NCBI GenBank assembly: GCA_900314645.1
Contig: OMWB01000010.1
Location: 4,893-68,892 of the forward strand
DNA: 64,000 nt
Source: an uncultured Actinomycetes bacterium
GTDB lineage: Bacteria > Actinomycetota > Coriobacteriia > Coriobacteriales > Atopobiaceae
Direction of reading: 5' to 3'
Positions 8,511 to 17,037 of the stretch are shown here, in pieces. The translations under genes were made by a program, and so were the position numbers. Under the pieces are notes generated by a model. That model saw only the letters and a program-made list of their open reading frames with translations, was not told the origin of the DNA and searched no databases. Numbering within the stretch: position 1 is the first letter of the stretch; the number at the start of each line of letters is the position of its first letter.

Positions 8511-8605
8511 CCTGACGCATCAAAACGGGCACCCAGGCTGTCCCATCCAGTGCGCTCAACGCCCAATGCGTCAATACCGGTGCTTCATACGTCCGGTCGG
8601 GAGCC

Positions 8606-8815
8606 CCTCCTACCGGCGGATGTTCTTATTTGGAACATTTGCCCGCGTGTGTCTGAGACGGGTTTTGGGGTACCCGGCACCCTTGATCGGACACCTCTCC
8701 TACCAGTGGATGTGCGAATTTGGAACATTTCTTGCGCTTTCCGCCGCTGAGCTTGAGGTGCGTGGATCCGCGTACGGGCGCCTCTTCTACCAGCAGATGT
8801 GCTAATTCGGAACAT
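8606..8815. repeat. Three dispersed copies (period about 88 bp) of a 35-bp motif: cctcctaccRgYggatgtKc..atttggaacat
   Basis: Copies at 8606-8640, 8696-8730 and 8781-8815. Confidence 0.6.
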
Positions 8816-8939
8816 CCTCACGCGCGCCAAGAGATGCCCCACCCCCTTGTCGCGCAGGACCTCGACAGGTATGGGGCGGGAATGCCACCCATCGCGAATG
8901 CTGACCCAGACGTCTGTTATTCGGTGTTGCTTTCTGCTG

Positions 8940-9185
8940 TACGGATACAACAGCTACCGCGCGACGAACGTCCAGGGCTTCATGAGGCGCGTGAAGGCGA
9001 AGGGTATCCCCGTGCTTGTGTGCGACCCGACGATGACTGACGATGAGTTCTTCGAGGCCGAGGTTACGCACGACCTAGGGCGGTTCAAGCAGAGAGCCAA
9101 CGTGATCGTGGCCAGCCGCTGGGGCGACTAGCTGTCGGACGTCTCGGGGAAGGTGTACGTGCGGGATCTGTTTAGAGGGGGCTGG
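8940..9185 (+). pseudogene. C-terminal remnant of UDP-glucose 6-dehydrogenase with an in-frame stop
   Basis: YNSYRATNVQGFMRRVKAKGIPVLVCDPTMTDDEFFEAEVTHDLGRFKQRANVIVASRWGD-stop-LSDVSGKVYVRDLF matches the Ugd C-terminus. The 5' boundary abuts a degenerate M unit (8885-8955). Confidence 0.7.
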
Positions 9186-9299
9186 GGCTTCGGGACGCGG
9201 ACGCTTCGCGAATGGCTTGGCGGGCCTGGACTGTTGTCTAGGTAAGGCCCGGCGCGATTTGCGGTGAGCGCATGGCCGTGGATTGCGTGTCGCGCTTTT

Positions 9300-9736
9300 T
9301 TGTGCCTCTCGGCGACCTCCTCCGCGGGCCCCGTCCTCGCCTCGAGCTCTGCGACGACCTGCACCTTCTTCTCGGTGGGGACCGCCTCCGTCCTGGGGTT
9401 CGGCCCACGGCGCCTTCGCTGGCCGGGGGCGATCTCGTCTATCCAGTCGCCCAGCACCTCGCGGCTCTTCGGATACCCCAGCGCCCTCATCGTGCGCGCC
9501 AGGCGCTTCCCATGGCTCAGGTAGTGCTCGACGGCCTCGCGCCTCATTTCCAGGGTGTACTTCGGCTCGCGCTCGTGCTTGGGGACGGGCACCTCACCCG
9601 TCTCCATGTATTCGCGCCACCAGTTTCTCAGCGAATGCCGGTCGGGGTAGCCGAGCTCCGCTATCGTGTCGGCGTAGCTATGGTCGAATCTGATGAATGT
9701 CTCTATCGCGATTCTTCTCTGCTCCTTGCTGTACAT
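9300..9736 (-). mobile_element. IS3-family transposase OrfA remnant (HTH part only; no OrfB)
   Basis: MYSKEQRRIAIETFIRFDHSYADTIAELGYPDRHSLRNWWREY...TLEMRREAVEHYLSHGKRLARTMRALGYP...KKVQVVAELEARTGPAEEVAERH. Beyond about 9300 the ORF reads through unrelated DNA antisense to the ugd remnant. Confidence 0.6.
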
Positions 9737-9993
9737 GCGGCGTCCTTCCCGTTCCGATTTGGTCCAGGATTACCACCGCAGTCCCGATGGTACTGTGGTG
9801 AGACAGGCAAACACTACCAACCGATTTCTCGTCTCGTTTTCCAGTCTCACAATTGGGCCTCTCGGCTTGCGCAGGCATCATCCCCGGTCATTTGACTGAC
9901 CAGTGCGAAGGCAGGCGCACCGTTACTCCGCGCCTGTCGAGCGGCCTTCTGCTATAGACTGTCATCTGGGTGTAGTTCCACAGCGGGAGGGCC

Positions 9994-11595
9994 ATGATGA
10001 TGGATGAGGAACTTGGCGTCAACGAGATGGAGCTTCGGCAGGAGATTGCCTTTGGCATGAGGCTGAAGCAGCTAATCGGCAACCCAGGTGAGCAACAGCA
10101 GCAGACTATCCAAAAAAACCGGGATGCTATATTCGACCTTTTGAACGAAACGGAGGTTTTCGAGGGGCTATCTCATCCCCTCGATGATATCGGCAGCTAT
10201 GCTCCAGGTGGGCAGAACGTGCCGCCCGTGGCCCATTATGTAAGCAAAGACGGCAACCACTCGTTCGTTCTGCTGCTGACCGATGCGAAGTCTGAGATCG
10301 TCAGCACCGCAATTAGCTCGCTCCCAGACAAACTGGCGGCATCCAGAAAGACGGTCGTTTTTTTGGGCCTTCAGGACCCTGAGCTGGACAGGGCAAAGAT
10401 GAACGACGCCGTGAAGCGCAGGTTGGGCGAGGGGTCGAAGGTGCCGAGTCGCTCCGTCATGCCCTGGCGATACCTTCAGGTCTACGACATACTTACGAAG
10501 GTTCCAAAAACGTCGACCTTCGGGCCGCCGTCGCTTGCGGTGCACCCCAGGGACACCTCGTTGCTGGTCGGAAACGGTTTGAACCAGCTGAACAATCACG
10601 ATCGTTCGTGGACTGACATCTTGAACCACTTGGTGACGGTCAACATCCCCGCCGCGGGCCAGGCTGAAGCGACTGATTTCGTCGACGATTGCACGATACC
10701 GTCTCCCATGAAGTTCGAGTACCTTGCTACCCATTCCGGTGGCAGCTTCATAGGAGCAAATGCGTTCGGCAAGCTCAAGGATGACATCGCCAATCTCATG
10801 GTGGTTGGTGCCTCGGGCTTGAACCTTCCACCAGCCAACATTCAAGCCCTTCTAACGAGCCGCGATGTGGACAACCTTCTGACCACAAACTACGATCTTG
10901 TGCTCGAACGCTGCTTTAGCGCGCCGACGCGCCCGGTGAGCGAGACCAAGTACATACTGCTTCCGACCACCTACGGTGCTGGGGAAGTGCCCAGCATCTA
11001 TCACGTACACGGCATAGCTGGCGTCGGAAGGAACTCCACCATATGCCTTGGGTACGAGCATTACATGGGCTACATCCAAAAGATGCGCGGCAGGCTCATC
11101 AAGGACCAGCGTCGCAAGGAGTCGGCGAAGAGGATTGTCTTCTTGCTGCTGGGGATTGTTCCGCCAAGCCTCACGTGGGAAGAGCTGTTCTTCACTACGG
11201 ACATGTACATCGTCGGCCTTGGACTGGACTTTGAAGAGACGGACCTCTGGGAGCTGCTAACCCTACGCGCCGCAGTCCTTAAAACCAGCAGCACGCTTCA
11301 GAGACTTGGACTTCCGGAGGAGTCATACACAAACGCCATTGTCTATTACGATATCGAGGTTCCTTGTGATCCGTCCGAATACGATGACAAGACTGACGAG
11401 TACATTGATGTCGCCAAGCGCATTCGCCATCTGGCCACGCCGGTTATGGATGACAACTACTGGCTGCCTATACCAAACAAGAAGGGCAAGGCAAAGTCTC
11501 TAAAGGGGCTGGGCGTCGAGGTGAAAGTGGTGCATACGGACAACTACGAGCGGGGATACGAGATGATCCTGCAGGATATCGCTGCCCGCCCGTAG
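9994..11595 (+). CDS. SIR2-family (SIR2_2-like) protein with an uncharacterised N-terminal domain of about 190 aa. Candidate NAD+-consuming defence effector.
   Basis: Ordered SIR2_2 motifs: LLVGNGLN...SWTDIL (GxG loop), LLTTNYDLVLE, IYHVHG, MYIVGLGLDFEETDLWELL. A sampled 60-mer has 48% GC. RBS gggaggg precedes the start. Confidence 0.75.
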   Translation: MMMDEELGVNEMELRQEIAFGMRLKQLIGNPGEQQQQTIQKNRDAIFDLLNETEVFEGLSHPLDDIGSYAPGGQNVPPVAHYVSKDGNHSFVLLLTDAKSEIVSTAISSLPDKLAASRKTVVFLGLQDPELDRAKMNDAVKRRLGEGSKVPSRSVMPWRYLQVYDILTKVPKTSTFGPPSLAVHPRDTSLLVGNGLNQLNNHDRSWTDILNHLVTVNIPAAGQAEATDFVDDCTIPSPMKFEYLATHSGGSFIGANAFGKLKDDIANLMVVGASGLNLPPANIQALLTSRDVDNLLTTNYDLVLERCFSAPTRPVSETKYILLPTTYGAGEVPSIYHVHGIAGVGRNSTICLGYEHYMGYIQKMRGRLIKDQRRKESAKRIVFLLLGIVPPSLTWEELFFTTDMYIVGLGLDFEETDLWELLTLRAAVLKTSSTLQRLGLPEESYTNAIVYYDIEVPCDPSEYDDKTDEYIDVAKRIRHLATPVMDDNYWLPIPNKKGKAKSLKGLGVEVKVVHTDNYERGYEMILQDIAARP

Positions 11596-11781
11596 CGCCC
11601 GATGTGTGAGAGTGGGCGGCTTGTGCAGGTGTATGCTTGTGGTGCTCGGTAGAGCAGGCCCTGCGTGGCTGACTTGGGTGGAACAAAGCTGGGTTCCCGA
11701 ATGGGAGTAGGCCGTTTGGCTTAGAATCCCCTTGCTCCTGGGGTCAGCTATGCAGGGTCTTTCTTTAGTTCAAGCTTGAGC

Positions 11782-12633
11782 CTATTCTCCATCGGGATGG
11801 GCTGCTGCGCTTGATTGGCCCCCGTCCGTCTTCGCAAGGGGTTCGCCTTTTCCTCTACGGGAGGGAAGGGCGGAACATATGGACTCGAACAACCACGAGG
11901 CAAACGATGTGATGCCACTGCCAAACCTGGATTCAGGCACCAGTCTGCGTATTTTGTCCGTGGCCCAGAAGTACGCCAAGAAGCAGAAGAAGAGGGAGAG
12001 GAAGCCAAGCGCGGTCCACGCCCGGGCTGGCAGCAGAAGGGAGCCGTCACCCTGCAAGTCTTTCACGACCGCATTCAATAGCTTACCGTTCACAATGAAG
12101 ACTATGGCCGACAGCGCTCCCAGCATCATTCCGCCCAAGGTGCAGTGGCGAGCCCTAGAGATGATCTCGCTTGCGGCGTCAAGATTCTCTTTAGTGGCCT
12201 CGTTTATATCGAGCCGAAGCTGCATCTCCTTTTTGGCCAACTCCTCTTTTGGAGTTGTTTCATTCACGCTGGAGAAGATGGTCTTTAGTTCGGGGATGCG
12301 AGGTCTTACGCAGTCAATTACCTTGAGTAGCAGCGCCAATGCTAGCACGAGAAGCCCGTTTGCAAACATCAATACACTCAAGCAACTAGAGTACCGGGGA
12401 TAATCAATATCCGAGACGGCGCTGGGGAACGCCCCCGCAATGAAGTCCATCTCGAAGAGGAACACGAAGGTTATGACAAGGGACATGAAGTTCGCGCTCT
12501 GCAGCACGGCATCCTGCTTGTTCTCTCGCTGTTCTTGTTCGAGGGCTAACAGATGGCTGCGATACTCAGTAAGACTGATGCCGTCCGTGCTACGCTCAGC
12601 TCCCTCACGCTTCGCATGATCAACGGTATCCAT
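11782..12633 (-). CDS. Hypothetical 4-TM membrane protein, convergent with the SIR2 gene
   Basis: RBS ggaggg 5 nt before the ATG. TM pairs (FMSLVITFVFLF / VLMFANGLLVLALALLL and GGMMLGALSAIVFIV / WTALGFLSLFFCFLAYFW) are separated by a charged helical segment. Lower GC, like its neighbour. Confidence 0.7.
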   Translation of the reverse strand: MDTVDHAKREGAERSTDGISLTEYRSHLLALEQEQRENKQDAVLQSANFMSLVITFVFLFEMDFIAGAFPSAVSDIDYPRYSSCLSVLMFANGLLVLALALLLKVIDCVRPRIPELKTIFSSVNETTPKEELAKKEMQLRLDINEATKENLDAASEIISRARHCTLGGMMLGALSAIVFIVNGKLLNAVVKDLQGDGSLLLPARAWTALGFLSLFFCFLAYFWATDKIRRLVPESRFGSGITSFASWLFESICSALPSRRGKGEPLAKTDGGQSSAAAHPDGE

Positions 12634-12796
12634 TCATCCCTCCAGATCATCGACCTAGATTCTGTTTGCGCAAGACCAACCACACCCTCATTCTGTCACG
12701 GCGTCGCTGTGAAACAAAGCCTCTGTTCGTTTGATCTTCCGCCGAAGGTGATGGGCGGAGGGCGCCCCTTGCGTCGAGCTTGTCAGATGGCGCGAG

Positions 12797-12892
12797 CTGT
12801 GCGCAGAATTGGTCGGTTATCTCCCGTGCTGTGCGCACAACCGGTCGGATAAGGCCCGGATTTCTCCGATAACCGACCGTCTGTGCGTACAG
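12797..12892. repeat. Mirror array, family D: 2 direct plus 1 inverted 25-bp units, direct-copy period 31 bp
   Basis: ctgtgcgcagaattggtcggttatc (12797), ctgtgcgcacaaccggtcggataag (12828), and inverted gataaccgaccgtctgtgcgtacag (12868). Confidence 0.65.
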
Positions 12893-12959
12893 TCTAGGAC
12901 GGCGATGCCTTCTCGCCTCGTCGATGCAGCTCTCTTTGTCTGACATAGACTAGGTTTCC

Positions 12960-13088
12960 TCACCAGGCCGCTTGTGCATCGCCGGATTTGTCCTTTGACG
13001 CCGCGATTGCTTTCGTTGGCATATAGCAGATGCAGAACGCGAGGAGCAGTACGTGAAGGACGGTGAGGGCGGTGCGGCTCTTCTTCAT
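12960..13088 (-). CDS. 42-aa signal-peptide-like small ORF. Either a secreted peptide or the orphaned 5' end of a surface-protein gene.
   Basis: MKKSRTALTVLHVLLLAFCICYMPTKAIAASKDKSGDAQAAW, with RBS aaggag 9 nt upstream. It is the tail of listed ORF 12960-13742. Confidence 0.3.
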   Translation of the reverse strand: MKKSRTALTVLHVLLLAFCICYMPTKAIAASKDKSGDAQAAW

Positions 13089-13177
13089 CGTGGCCCATCT
13101 CCTTTGGAGGTGCTGATTGACTCCATGGTAGTCTTCTGGGCGATGCGCGCGCCCCGTGGCTTGTGACGTGCGAGGTT

Positions 13178-13241
13178 GGTGCCCGCACTTTGCGTCGTTA
13201 GCAGCGCGATTTCGAGCTCCTAACGTCGCGAACTGCGGGCA
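13178..13241. repeat. Hairpin element, family H (gtgcccgcaSttYgcgWcgNtaRSagc arms)
   Basis: 26-bp imperfect inverted arms around a 12-nt loop. Relatives at 14439-14503 and 23922-24046. Confidence 0.65.
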
Positions 13242-13271
13242 AATGCAGCCACTGCCCATTGCGATTGTTGA

Positions 13272-14240
13272 CACTACGGAGCCGGCAAGCCCCTCGAGCC
13301 CGAGGTGACGGTCTCCCTCGCGGGGGTCGAGCTCAAGCAGGACGTTAACTACGAGCTCTCCTTCTCCAACAACATCAACGCCGGCACCGCGACCGTGACC
13401 GCGACGGGCAAGGGCGGCTACGTCGGCTTCAAGGCGGCGACCTTCCAGATCGCCAAGGCGAAGCAGACCGTGACGGCTTCCAACAAGAGCGTGGCTCTCG
13501 GCTCGACGGTGAGCCTCGGTGCCAAGGCGAGCGGCGGTGGCAAGCTGACGTACAAGTCGTCTAACACGGCGGTGGCGAAGGTGAGCGCTAAGGGCGTCGT
13601 CACGCCAGTCAAGGTCGGCACCGCCAAGGTGACCATCACGGCTGCGGGGACGGCCAACTACCTGCGGGCCACCAAGACCGTCACGGTCAAGGTCACGGCG
13701 CTGAGCCTCTCCAAGGCGACGGTGGGCAAGATTGCGGACCAAAAATACGACGGTACGGCAAAGAAGCCGACGCCGACGGTGAAGGTGGGTGGCCGGACGC
13801 TCAAGAAAGGCACTGACTACACGCTCACGTACAAGAACAACCTGCAGGCTGGAACTGCCACGGTGACCATCAAGGGCAAAGGGAAGTACTCGGGCAACAA
13901 GTCCGTTACCTTCAAGATCGTGGCCATGGCGGGGACCTGGAAGAAGAGCGGGTCGCGCTGGTGGTACGAGTGGAAGGACGGTGGCTACCCGGCCAACGTC
14001 TTCCTCGACATCGACGGCAGCACCTACCGCTTCGATGCGAGTGGCTGGATGCTGACCGGCTGGCAGCAGGTTGGTGGCAAGTGGTACTACTTCGGGTCCA
14101 GCGGCGCCATGGTGAAGTCCAAGTGGGTGGGCAACTACTGGATGGGCGCCGACGGTGTGATGGCGACCAACGCCTGGGTCGATGGCGGCAGGTACTACGT
14201 CGGCTCGGACGGAGCCTGGGTGAAGGGCAAGACAAGGTAG
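13272..14240 (+). pseudogene. 5'-truncated surface protein: Ig-like repeats, Big_2-like domain, cell-wall-binding (GW/YYF) repeats. No signal peptide.
   Basis: The frame opens directly after a partial M unit (13253-13272) in the middle of a repeat (..YGAGKPLEPEVTVSLAGVELKQDVNYELSFSNNINAGTATV). Also contains LTYKSSNTAVAKVSAKGVVTPVKVGTAKVTITA. The C-terminus is WWYEW..GWQQVGGKWYYF..WVKGKTR. Confidence 0.6.
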
Positions 14241-14262
14241 CGGGTTCCTGTTTGCAGCGAGG

Positions 14263-14378
14263 CTGCAGGTGGATTGCTACGGTTAAGAGGGGACTGCAGG
14301 TAGATCTGTACGGTTGAGCCGCGATAACCGTACAGATCTACCTGCAGTCCCTTGCTATCCGTGTGAATTCACCTTCAG
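14263..14378. repeat. Mirror array, family C: 2 direct plus 2 inverted 25-bp units, period 31 bp
   Basis: ctgcaggtggattgctacggttaag and ctgcaggtagatctgtacggttgag, then the inverted copies taaccgtacagatctacctgcag and tatccgtgtgaattcaccttcag. The central pair forms a perfect 22-bp stem. Confidence 0.7.
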
Positions 14379-14438
14379 TTGTTCGGGTTAGTCTGCCGTG
14401 ATGTCATGGTTTCGGTCGGGTTATGCATGGCTGGAACG

Positions 14439-14503
14439 GGTGCCCGCACTTTTCGCCGTTAGCAGCCCGTTTTCGGGCTCTTAGCGGCACAATCTGCGTG
14501 CAC
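14439..14503. repeat. Family H hairpin element
   Basis: ggtgcccgcacttttcgccgttagcagccc...gggctcttagcggcacaatctgcgtgcac. Confidence 0.6.
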
Positions 14504-14545
14504 GTGCCGCCGCCGGTGCGTATCGGTCCTTACCGCAGCCAACCC

Positions 14546-15163
14546 CTAGAGTGCGAACTGCCTCACTAGCAGTCCAGCGGCTGCCAAGACCATCAGCAGG
14601 AGTATCCAGTGGTTCCTCAGGAACCCGCCGCCGACGTACACCTTGCCGATTCGGTACAGCGACTGAATGATGCCGCTGCTGTTCGCTATCGCAGCCAGCT
14701 CGAGCGCGGGGATGCCCGTCTCGACGGCTACCCGGTCGAACAGCGCGGTGCCCTGCCGGCTCTCGATGCCTTCCATGGCGGCCAGCGTCCACTCTTCCAG
14801 CGGAGTCCTCTCCCGGCCCTTGATGAAGTTGATGCGTCGAGTCTGACACCCCACGATCACCCGGCCTACGCCAAAGACGATGAGGCCAATCGCCATGGTG
14901 CCAACTGACCAAAATGGCGAAAACAGCAGGCTGGTTCCGCCAAGTCCCGCACAAACCGCGGTCGCCACCAAGAGCGGAATGCTTCCCCAGACCAGGTCAA
15001 GACCGATGAACATGAGCCTGAAGCCCCTGCTGAGCTCGCTTTTTATGACCTCGGCGGGCGGCGTGACCTCTTCTTTGTCCACTTTCTGTAGGGCCCTGAA
15101 GACGAAAAACGTCGGGACCCCGCAAAGCACCGCCACAATCAGTATCGATATCAGCGTCACCAT
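14546..15163 (-). CDS. Hypothetical multi-pass membrane protein
   Basis: 205 aa. RBS aaggaag precedes the start. Hydrophobic N-terminus (LISILIVAVLCGVPTFFVF), central TM cluster, C-terminal TM (WILLLMVLAAAGLLV). Confidence 0.6.
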   Translation of the reverse strand: MVTLISILIVAVLCGVPTFFVFRALQKVDKEEVTPPAEVIKSELSRGFRLMFIGLDLVWGSIPLLVATAVCAGLGGTSLLFSPFWSVGTMAIGLIVFGVGRVIVGCQTRRINFIKGRERTPLEEWTLAAMEGIESRQGTALFDRVAVETGIPALELAAIANSSGIIQSLYRIGKVYVGGGFLRNHWILLLMVLAAAGLLVRQFAL

Positions 15164-15291
15164 GCTTGGCTTCCTTTGCCCTCGTTGCGTGCCTTGAAGC
15201 GCGAATTGTGTTAACGGGGTTACATTTTAGTACATGCCGGACATTCAGGACGGAGGCTTCTGTCCGGGATGGCTTGGTGCGAGCGCGGCGG

Positions 15292-15360
15292 TGGAACGGC
15301 ATTGCATTTCGTACCGCTGTTTCAGCTCTCGACCCGCGGTACCAAACCGAATAACGTTCC
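15292..15360. repeat. Family A repeat pair (1 direct plus 1 inverted 26-bp unit)
   Basis: tggaacggcattgcatttcgtaccgc and gcggtaccaaaccgaataacgttcc. Confidence 0.6.
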
Positions 15361-15373
15361 CGCCTCGACACCA

Positions 15374-15504
15374 CCCCTTGGCGAATGTTGACATCAGGAG
15401 GTCCCGCCAGGTCAACATCAGCTGAAGGACGGCACGAAAGCAACCCTTCTTCAAGCTGGTGTTGACCTGGCGGGACCTCCTGATGTCAACATTCGCCAAG
15501 GGGT
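15374..15504. repeat. Full palindromic dimer of family M (two 50-nt arms, 1 mismatch)
   Basis: ccccttggcgaatgttgacatcaggaggtcccgccaggtcaacatcagct (15374-15423) and its reverse complement at 15455-15504. Confidence 0.8.
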
Positions 15505-15597
15505 CAAGCCAATGTTGACCTGCCAAGCCCTTCTCCCTCCACAACAGCTGCTAGGATTGACATGGCGATGACCTGCGACTCATTGGAGGCTCCAACC

Positions 15598-16053
15598 ATG
15601 TCTGCGGACCCACGCGTACACTTCATCGAAGGCGCCGACGTCGACGAAGCCCTCGGCCCAGCCGGACGCGTCTACCTGTCGGGCCACCTCGAGCGCCCGC
15701 AGCCGCACTTCGACCACATCGGCGACCTCCCCGACCCGACGGAAGCGGGAATCACCAGGTACGCCGAGCTCACGGTGGACCAGCCGCACCTGCACGAGCT
15801 CAACACCGACTTCACCTACGTCCTGCGCGGCGCCTACGCGGTGCGCATCATCCCCACCGGGGAGGTTCGCGTCCTTGGGGAGGGCGGGCTGTGCGTCATC
15901 GAGCCCGGCCTCGCGCACGTCTGCATCGCGAGCCCGGGCACCCAGGTGATCTTCTTCAAAGTCCCCGGCGGCAACGACAAGGTCCCCGTCGAGCTGGACG
16001 GCACCTCGCGCGACTGGGTCGAGGCCTACTGCGCCACCTTCCGCCAGTCGTAA
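15598..16053 (+). CDS. Cupin-domain protein
   Basis: HLHELNTDFTYVLRGAYAVRI..GE...GGLCVIEPGLAHV fits the two cupin motifs. RBS ttggagg sits 8 nt before the ATG at 15598. Confidence 0.55.
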   Translation: MSADPRVHFIEGADVDEALGPAGRVYLSGHLERPQPHFDHIGDLPDPTEAGITRYAELTVDQPHLHELNTDFTYVLRGAYAVRIIPTGEVRVLGEGGLCVIEPGLAHVCIASPGTQVIFFKVPGGNDKVPVELDGTSRDWVEAYCATFRQS

Positions 16054-16141
16054 AAACGGTCCCTCATCATCACGCTCCACCGCCATCGGCCACGCCCTAC
16101 AATGGGAAGCCACGCAAAAGCGGCTACAAGGGGAGCGGAAG

Positions 16142-17002
16142 ATGGAGAAAAGCCAGGCGGTTGCAGAGATCAGGACCGTATTCGAGCGTGACGAGATCAT
16201 AGAGTACAACCCGGAAGACGTGGTGGAGAACGGGGACGCGCCGTTTTGCGCGGGCGTCTTCTACACCAGGCCGGGCCCGCGCGGCGACCTGCTGTGTGCG
16301 GGGGATCTGCGCGCGGAGGGCTCGCCGCCCACGCACGCGACCCTGCTGAACCTTGAGCAGCTCGTCGACATCACCTACGCATTCGTGGGCGAGGAGGGGC
16401 TGGAGATCTACTTCGAGCTCGGGGGAGATGGGGTGATCACGCACCAGGTCCGCTGGTCGTGCTCCGAGCCCGACGCCGAGACCTTCAGGCCGACGTGCTC
16501 GGAGGTCGACATCGCCTCGCTGGACACCCACAGGCGCTACCACGGCGCCTACGGCATGAGCCTGATGGAGACGCTCGCGAATGGCTACCACACGCCCAAC
16601 GTGCAGATGGCCATCGAGGAGCAGTTCGAGCACCACTTGTTCGGCAAGCGCCAGTACCCTGACATCCGGGCGCTGGAGGCCTTGGAGAAGTGCCTGCGCG
16701 CTGACGTGCTGAAGGGCGTGCAGCGCAGCGCCATGCAGTACGCGCTGCTCTGCCTGCACGGGAGCGAGGACGCGCGCTGCGTGTTCGACCGCGACATCGC
16801 GGTGCACCACGCGCTCGTGCTCGAGGGCGTACCAGCGCTGATAAGGGATTGCCTCGCGTACCACTGCTCCTGGAGGGACGTGTATGGCGGGGTGTCGAAG
16901 GCGCTGCTCGACATCGACGGGCTGGTGATTTCTGGGGAGTTGCGCGACGACTACGAGGTGACGCGCTTCGACCTGGAGTGGATTGACCGCGACGACGCGT
17001 GA
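16142..17002 (+). CDS. Conserved hypothetical protein, paralogue of 22021-22923
   Basis: 286 aa. RBS aagggga precedes the start. Collinear with the second copy (VFYT.PGPRGD.L.AGDLR, HTPNVQMAIE.QFE.HLFG, RSAMQYALL.LHGS, EGVPAL...CLAY.C.W). Confidence 0.7.
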   Translation: MEKSQAVAEIRTVFERDEIIEYNPEDVVENGDAPFCAGVFYTRPGPRGDLLCAGDLRAEGSPPTHATLLNLEQLVDITYAFVGEEGLEIYFELGGDGVITHQVRWSCSEPDAETFRPTCSEVDIASLDTHRRYHGAYGMSLMETLANGYHTPNVQMAIEEQFEHHLFGKRQYPDIRALEALEKCLRADVLKGVQRSAMQYALLCLHGSEDARCVFDRDIAVHHALVLEGVPALIRDCLAYHCSWRDVYGGVSKALLDIDGLVISGELRDDYEVTRFDLEWIDRDDA

Positions 17003-17037
17003 GGCCGCCTGTCTTCTCCCGCTGATTGATTTGCCCC

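Noticed and set aside
9128-9300. C-terminal 55 aa or so of listed ORF 9128-9736, read as part of a full transposase
   Set aside because: Transposase similarity stops near ...EVAERH. The remainder is antisense read-through of the ugd remnant. No OrfB/DDE domain follows, so this is only an IS remnant.
12647-12946. 99-aa ORF on the minus strand between the 4-TM gene and the small signal-peptide ORF
   Set aside because: It lies across the family D mirror array and has no RBS. It is Arg-rich with low complexity.
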